The position numbers and the translations under genes were made by a program. A DNA stretch of 5,006 nucleotides from Histomonas meleagridis 2922-C6/04-290x (lineage: Eukaryota; Protista; Parabasalia): assembly GCA_020184695.1 (NCBI GenBank), contig JAANOX010000162.1, positions 1-5,006 on the forward strand, written 5' to 3'. Shown here one piece after another: positions 1 through 5,006 of this stretch (positions within the stretch are counted from its first letter, which is position 1; each line of letters starts with the position of its first letter). A model generated the notes under the pieces. The model did no database searches and was not told the DNA's origin. It was given only the letters and a program-made list of their open reading frames with translations.

Positions 1-521
1 CTAATTAACACCCATTCAATATTATCATGTCTTTCAAAGGTTTGATATGCATCATCAATTAAATTACCAACTTGAATATTTTCAAAGACATCATTTAAAG
101 TAACACCACTAAATTCATCATGAAATTTTCTAGTTCTTACAAACAAACTTACATGAATATCATGTCTTATTTCTTTTGTTATGTTTATATTTTTTTCAAT
201 CAAATTTGCAAGAATATAATATGATTCATTTTTGTTTTTTTGAAGAAGAAATTGGATAAAAGCATCAAATATTTTTGTTTTATTATTGTTGGCTTTATCA
301 ATTTCATTAATAAAATCCAAATATATATCAAAGTCAGTAATTCTGATAATTAATGCAGAATATATCATTTGGGTAATAACAATGTTAAAAGAGTTTTTAA
401 AATTATCATCAAAGATATCAATTAATGAAAGAGTTGATTGAGAAATATTTTTCTTTTCTAAACTAAATATAATTTTTTGTGCATGCTGAAGTATATTCAA
501 TTCATTTGGCTTTTGATTCAT
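1..521 (-). CDS. 5' part of a hypothetical protein resembling the helical N-terminal region of parabasalid ankyrin-repeat/DUF3447-type proteins; truncated by the window edge
   Basis: Hand translation from the ATG at 521-519 gives 173 stop-free codons to the window edge: MNQKPNELNILQHAQKIIFSLEKKNISQSTLSLIDIFDDNFKNSFNIVITQMIYSALIIRITDFDIYLDFINEIDKANNNKTKIFDAFIQFLLQKNKNESYYILANLIEKNINITKEIRHDIHVSLFVRTRKFHDEFSGVTLNDVFENIQVGNLIDDAYQTFERHDNIEWVLI. It is missing from the ORF track, presumably because no stop falls in the window. It aligns by eye with the gene at 4459. The family assignment is recalled resemblance only; no ankyrin repeat is visible in the window. Confidence 0.8.
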   Translation of the reverse strand, partial: MNQKPNELNILQHAQKIIFSLEKKNISQSTLSLIDIFDDNFKNSFNIVITQMIYSALIIRITDFDIYLDFINEIDKANNNKTKIFDAFIQFLLQKNKNESYYILANLIEKNINITKEIRHDIHVSLFVRTRKFHDEFSGVTLNDVFENIQVGNLIDDAYQTFERHDNIEWVLI

Positions 522-538
522 GAATCTATTGCAAAACA

Positions 539-554
539 ACTAATGCCACTTTTT
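539..554 (-). promoter_or_regulatory. Putative core promoter element AAAAAGTGGCATTAGT upstream of gene 1
   Basis: The minus strand reads AAAAAGTGGCATTAGT, ending 17 nt before ATG 521. It is nearly identical to the element in front of the paralog at 4459 and is a 7/8 match to AAAGTGAC. Confidence 0.45.
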
Positions 555-1182
555 GTATTCTGAAGACAAAACGTATTCTAATAACCACATTCTGATTATG
601 AAATTATTTAAAAATTAAAACATGTGGAGTACAATAAAAATATTTTCCCATCTTTTTTACATTTTTTAGTAATCAATCTTTATATGACAATATTTAGATT
701 TAAAAAAAAATTAGATTATAGTTGAAAAATTAAAATAAAACGACAAATGAATTGGAAAATTTCATCATGTTGTTGGAAGCCTTATAACATATGAACAAGA
801 TTCTAATTTAAGAAAAAGATTATCACATTAAAATATACAAATATGATTCTAATTTTCCTTTAAAGGATTTTTAATGTATATTCAAAATCTATATCCAAAC
901 AGTATTACTTTTTAAATTATTTTTTATTGTAAACGTTAAAATGGAATTTTAGATATGAATTTAAATGCAATCACCACAAAGCGCATACGATATTACTTTT
1001 AGCACGTTTCCTGAAGACAAATTCAGATTGAATTGGTAATAATTTAAGTTTTTGAATTCTTCTTTAGACACATAGAGCATGAAATATAGATTTTTCTTAT
1101 CTTTTAATGTTTTTGGATCAATTAATATCTTACACAATTGTACGTTAAACCAATTGACATGTGAAGTAAAAAACTATAACAA

Positions 1183-2149
1183 ATGAACCAGTTTTTTCGT
1201 CATATTGCTTTTTGACCAAAGAATCGAGCAGGTAGGTGTAACAACTTCCAACGGATTTATGATATTTGAGTGTGCTTCATCAGTTGTTCTGTATGAAGCT
1301 AAATTTCCTGATGGTGGTGCTGATCATTTCACTTTTAAGTGATTCTAATGTTGTTGTTGTTTCTGGCGATGATTCACCTGATGGTTTTACTAGAAGCACT
1401 GTTGTTCTTTGGGATCGAAACATTGATAAAGTCATGCGATTATTTGATGTTGAAACGCCAGTTCTTGGTCTCGTTCTTCGAGCTGATGCTCTTGTAGTTG
1501 TTCATGGCGCAACCATTACCTTTTACAATACATGTGATTTTACCCGTTATTGTGTTGTTAGTAACCCCACCAATTCCATGAATTGTTTTTTTCTTTGGTT
1601 CAATCCATTGCAGCCAATCTTGTATCTTATCCATCTGATGACGGGAATCATATTAATTTATGTGATTATCATGATCCCGAATATGTCTTAGGAACAATCA
1701 GTATTTCTACCTCTCGTGTTGTGTGTGTTGAATTTTCACGACAAGGCGAACTTATTGCTATTGTTGTTGATGAAGGTAAAACCATTCTTCTTTATACATT
1801 AACACCACGAATTGAACTCATTGCAACATACCATCGAGGATTTCGTTCTACTGAAGTCACTGGGATAACATTTGACAACTTATCTAATTACTTTTTGCTT
1901 ACATCTAAACGAGGTACTTTGCATGTGTTCGCCGTGCCACCTGCAAATCAGCCTCCTGCACCGAACGTAACGCGCAAATCAAGTTTTACATTCGAGCTGC
2001 CTAAGAATAGCGAAATCCAGTGCCAATTCGATATTGCGGGTTATTTGATAATCGGAATGACTTTGAATGGCGTCTTGAAGCAGATGAGATTAGATATCGA
2101 AAGAAAGGCAATTTTGCCTGTGTCAGAAAAGCAAATTGACATTTCTTAG
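1183..2149 (+). CDS. ATG18: Atg18/WIPI-family (PROPPIN, closest in pattern to WIPI3/4-Hsv2) WD40 beta-propeller of about 321 aa, interrupted by three frameshifts (pseudogene or sequence errors)
   Basis: Four segments join into one protein: frame 1 from ATG 1183 (MNQFFRHIAF), frame 2 from 1214 (DQRIEQVGVTTSNGFMIFEC...FPDGGA), frame 3 from about 1323 (IISLLSDSNVVVVSG...STVVLWD...PVLGLVLRADALVVV...NPTNSMNC) and frame 2 from about 1592 (SLVQ...VSYPS...GELIAIVVDEGKTILLY...YHRG...ITFDNLSNYFLLTSKRGTLHVF...GVLKQMRLD...DIS, TAG at 2147-2149). The motif order matches WIPI/Atg18 from memory: FNQD..GFRIY, EMLxxSN.LALVG, IWD, PVLxV, NPxG, L.FP, KGTLIR, L/FRRG, SSDKGTVHIF. The tracked ORFs 1266-1691 and 1583-2149 are fragments of this gene. 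Confidence 0.88.
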
Positions 2150-2443
2150 TGTCTTTAGTTTGATTGTTAGTAATGACTGAAATTAAAGAATATATTTTTA
2201 AACATTTGTTTTTATATGTGTTCGCTTATCCGTTACTTATTTCAGAATTAATTTTCATTATTTTTTTCTTTCTTTGTAAAATAAAACACTAAAAATTTAA
2301 TTGAAATACAATATGTATTTGCATATGATTTGGTGTTGTTTGAAGTTACAAAATACTTCGTTAGATAAATCAAATGTTGCAGTATAAACTGAATACCAAT
2401 TTTTGACTCAAATTTGCAATCGAGCTCGATAAATTTGGAATAT

Positions 2444-2451
2444 TAACGGTC
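2444..2451 (+). promoter_or_regulatory. Possible Myb-type/M3-like element (TAACGGTC; GACCGTTA on the minus strand)
   Basis: It lies 11 nt upstream of ATG 2463 and fits the Myb core YAACGG. The reverse complement fits the recalled T. vaginalis M3 consensus DRCSGYTD. The motif is short and could be chance, or coding sequence if the gene starts further upstream. Confidence 0.2.
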
Positions 2452-2462
2452 ACCAGCATAAA

Positions 2463-3755
2463 ATGGATAAAAATGATGAAAAAGAAGATCCAAAATTATT
2501 TCTTGAAGAATTTGTTTCAACATTACATTTAGTTAGTCAAGAAATAAAAGAAAAATCAGAATATTTAATAGAAGAAGAATTTAATGTTGAAAAAGAAATT
2601 CAAAATTATCAAAACAAAATTATTCATATAATTCAACGCGAAAAAGAACTTCAAATATATGCAGACGAAATTATTAATATTAAAAAAGAATTTCAAAAAT
2701 TAATCAAAACTGAACGAACTAAAATTCGAGAAAAAATTGAAACACTTGAAGAACATCGAAAAGAATTATTAAATCAACGAGAAGAAACACAAGAAAAATA
2801 TAAATATTATCAAGAACAAGAAAAAGAACTTATTAATATCCAAAAGCAACACAATGAAATCGGAAAAGGAAACGAAACATTATCAATATCTCAAACAAAT
2901 GAAAATTTCATAAATTTTACTAATATTCAACAACTAATTCAAAAATATTCACGAATGTCAAATGAAATAACAAATCAAGAATATGAATTAAATCATTATG
3001 CAAACAAATATAAAGAAATGAAATTTTTATATGAAACTCAACGAAAACGATATGAAAAAGAAAAAGAAAAATATTTTCATGATATTCAAACACTTCAAAC
3101 ACTCGAAAATCACGAAAAGAAATGTCTAGAAGAGATTAATAAACGAAATGAAGAATATCAAATAATAATTAATCACGAAATTCAAAAACTTAAAGAAATG
3201 CGAAGAATAATGCGACAAGAAAAAGAAGACATTCGAAAGCGACGAGCAGAAAACGACGAAAAAGAAACGAAAATAAAACGAGAACAAAAGAAAGCACATC
3301 AAAACGAAATTGAAAGATATTGTAAAAGATTAATAGGAACGGAAATCAAACGAATTCAGCATATTCATATCATAAAGAACTTCAAGGACAAACATCGACA
3401 ACATCTGAAAGAATCGAAAACCAATTTCCAACATGATTCTGAAGAAGAAAACGAACGAAAAGAACTTCAAATGCGAATTCTGAAATTAGATATTGAACGA
3501 TGTCTATTAAAACAAGAAGAAAATAATTATGAAATGAAGAAAGATATTCTGAACGAAATTCTTCAAGAAGAAGAAAAGCGAAAATTAAGTTGCATTGAAG
3601 GACCGCATCGACAAGAAGAAATTTTATATGGGATTGAAAACGTTGTAACATATCAAATGAAACTTTATGAAATTGAAGAAGGAATCGAAACGATTTCAAC
3701 GAAATGTCAACAATTAATAGGAAAACTTCAAAACATTTCGCCGAAGTCAATATGA
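2463..3755 (+). CDS. Hypothetical E/K/Q/R-rich coiled-coil protein (430 aa as tracked; the true C-terminus probably extends to 3825-3864)
   Basis: 430-codon ORF with strong, consistent codon bias (GAA, CAA, AAA, CGA, ATT; nearly all A/T-ending) and a charged, heptad-like composition with a recurring KELQ/KELI phrase. No family is recognisable. Confidence 0.85.
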   Translation: MDKNDEKEDPKLFLEEFVSTLHLVSQEIKEKSEYLIEEEFNVEKEIQNYQNKIIHIIQREKELQIYADEIINIKKEFQKLIKTERTKIREKIETLEEHRKELLNQREETQEKYKYYQEQEKELINIQKQHNEIGKGNETLSISQTNENFINFTNIQQLIQKYSRMSNEITNQEYELNHYANKYKEMKFLYETQRKRYEKEKEKYFHDIQTLQTLENHEKKCLEEINKRNEEYQIIINHEIQKLKEMRRIMRQEKEDIRKRRAENDEKETKIKREQKKAHQNEIERYCKRLIGTEIKRIQHIHIIKNFKDKHRQHLKESKTNFQHDSEEENERKELQMRILKLDIERCLLKQEENNYEMKKDILNEILQEEEKRKLSCIEGPHRQEEILYGIENVVTYQMKLYEIEEGIETISTKCQQLIGKLQNISPKSI

Positions 3756-4436
3756 AGAAGAATACGAAACATATTTACAACATCTTGAAACTAAAGAATA
3801 CGAAATAATTAATGATAAAACATAATAACACACAAATGAACAAACATTTTTAACGGACGAATAAATTCGGTGAATTTCTAATTGCATCAAAAACAACAAT
3901 CTTTAAATAAATTGGATAATTTCCTTTCTAACTCAGAATACATACTTCAAAGTTCTTTTTCTTGGAATACCTTGATTTTTAATCTGTAAATGTTAACGTT
4001 GGAAAATAGAGATGCGGTACAACTTATGATGAAGACACCAATAAAGTACATGTACGGAATGCAGTCAATTAAGAAAACTTGAACAAGCCAACCATCAGCT
4101 TTTAACTAAATCTTTCTCATTATAAATGCTTTAAATCTAAATTTTAATTTTAAGTACACTTTTGTTTGATCATTTACACCATTTTGTAGACACTAAAATG
4201 AGAATATTAGAAATACTCACGAAATATCAAAGTTTTTGAAAAGTGTTGCGATTGTTTTTGCACTAAAAAGTGAATTTCTCCTTCGAACAATTATCCAATA
4301 ATTGGAAACTTAAATGAATTCAAATAAATAATAAAAAAAAATAGGGTAAAATTAATGTTATTATATCTCAATTTTTAATATTGAAACTTTATTGTTTCTT
4401 GAGATTTAAATTTAAAAAAAAAAAAAATTGTAGATG

Positions 4437-4453
4437 AAAAAGTGTCATTTAGT
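4437..4453 (+). promoter_or_regulatory. Putative parabasalid core promoter: AAAGTGTC (M2-like) overlapping a TCATTT initiator (Inr)
   Basis: AAAAAGTGTCATTTAGT lies just upstream of ATG 4459. TCATTT (4445-4450) fits the Trichomonas Inr consensus TCA(+1)Y(T/A), with the A 12 nt before the ATG. AAAGTGTC is a 7/8 match to the T. vaginalis M2 motif AAAGTGAC (consensus recalled from memory). Confidence 0.55.
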
Positions 4454-4458
4454 AAAAA

Positions 4459-5006
4459 ATGAATAATAATTCTTCAACTACAAATAATATAAAAAGAGAT
4501 AATATTAATATTGAAAGCCACACCATTAGTCTAGAAGAACTTATTTCTCTCAAACAATTAATATTTAATTTAACAGAAGAGAATCTTGTTTTTTCAACTC
4601 AACAAACAATGAAATTCTTTGATTTAACTTTTCCATATTCATTTAATTATATTATAAGTAATTTAGTTTACTTTGCATTTTATTCACAACATAAAGAAAT
4701 TTCGATTTATGTTAATTATTTACAATTAATTCAAAACGAAGAAGAAATATATAAAAACATTCCAAAAATCATTGAATTTTTTTAAATATATTTATGAAAT
4801 TAAATCATAAGAAGCATATTATCTAATTGATAAAATGATTGAATACAATTTAATCCATAAAGATATTATTAAAAGCATTAAATCAAAATATTTTTCACAT
4901 TACAGAGGAGAAAACACGATTTTCATGATAAATTTTATAAATATTATAATGATAATTATATCAAACTTTCAAAGAATGATTGGGAAACTTGCAAACAATA
5001 TATTAA
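4459..5006 (+). pseudogene. Disrupted paralog of the gene at 1-521 (parabasalid ankyrin/DUF3447-type N-terminal region); runs off the right edge
   Basis: The tracked ORF stops at TTT TTT TAA (4783-4785). The +1 frame continues KYIYEIKS*EAYYLIDKMIEYNLIHKDIIKSIKSKYFSHYRGE, with an in-frame TAA at 4808-4810. The original frame then resumes at about 4912-4918 as (KH)DFHDKFYKYYNDNYIKLSKNDWETCKQYI to the edge. Similarity to gene 1 continues past the first stop (KS*EAYYLIDKMIEYNL vs KNESYYILANLIEKNI). Confidence 0.7.

Noticed and set aside
1291-1339. GTATGA...TTTTAAG 49-nt candidate intron that would repair the second PROPPIN frameshift
   Set aside because: Splicing would delete YEAKFPDGGA-IISLL, which aligns with the conserved WIPI GG/S..IVEML segment, and no CTAAC-type branch motif is present.
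1440-1634. Tracked 64-aa minus-strand ORF
   Set aside because: Antisense shadow of the PROPPIN gene; no recognisable features.
2419-2430. Perfect 12-bp palindrome ATCGAGCTCGAT
   Set aside because: Single short palindrome with no flanking repeat or target-site duplication; no function can be supported.
2407-2457. LKFAIELDKFGILTVTS in + frame 1, reminiscent of the Hsp70 FDIDANGILNVSA motif
   Set aside because: Isolated 13-residue resemblance in a frame with stops just upstream and no other Hsp70 sequence nearby.
2920-3102. Tracked 60-aa minus-strand ORF
   Set aside because: F/I/L-rich antisense shadow of the GAA/AAA/CAA-rich coiled-coil gene.
3382-3750. Tracked 122-aa minus-strand hydrophobic ORF
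   Set aside because: Antisense shadow; its hydrophobicity is the expected complement of A-rich sense codons.
3824-3835. AATAACACACAA, a 10/12 match to the Trichomonas intron 3' motif ACTAACACACAG
   Set aside because: It lacks both the branch-point C and the terminal AG, and no suitable 5' splice site repairs a frame.
2385-4810. Alternative genetic code with TAA (or TAG) = Gln, suggested by in-frame TAAs at 2385, 2430, 3823, 3826 and 4808
   Set aside because: The dozens of Gln codons in the gene bodies are all CAA/CAG, with no TAA in over 400 consecutive codons of a Q-rich gene. The TAAs cluster at gene ends, and the PROPPIN ends at its expected C-terminus on TAG. A genome-wide codon-to-residue analysis would settle it.
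1-5006. Transposon ends, CRISPR array, tRNA or rRNA genes
   Set aside because: No terminal inverted repeats, transposase-like ORF, spaced direct repeats or structured RNA signature was seen by eye.

Overview
Very AT-rich eukaryotic DNA, read with the standard genetic code. The protein families and promoter motifs look parabasalid (Trichomonas/Tritrichomonas/Histomonas-like), which is inference only. There are four genes: (1) a minus-strand gene running off the left edge (521->1, absent from the ORF track); (2) an Atg18/WIPI-family PROPPIN beta-propeller (1183-2149) split by three frameshifts; (3) a long E/K/Q/R-rich coiled-coil gene (2463-3755, probably ending at about 3825-3864); (4) a paralog of gene 1 (4459->5006) broken by two frameshifts and an in-frame TAA. 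The main signal is the density of 1-2 nt frame breaks, almost all in homopolymer or dinucleotide runs, in genes that otherwise look conserved. Assembly or consensus error and recent pseudogenisation are the most likely causes. Recoding (RNA editing or frameshifting) is an unproven alternative that can be tested. I found no rRNA, tRNA, CRISPR array or transposon, and no novel system can be claimed from this sequence alone.
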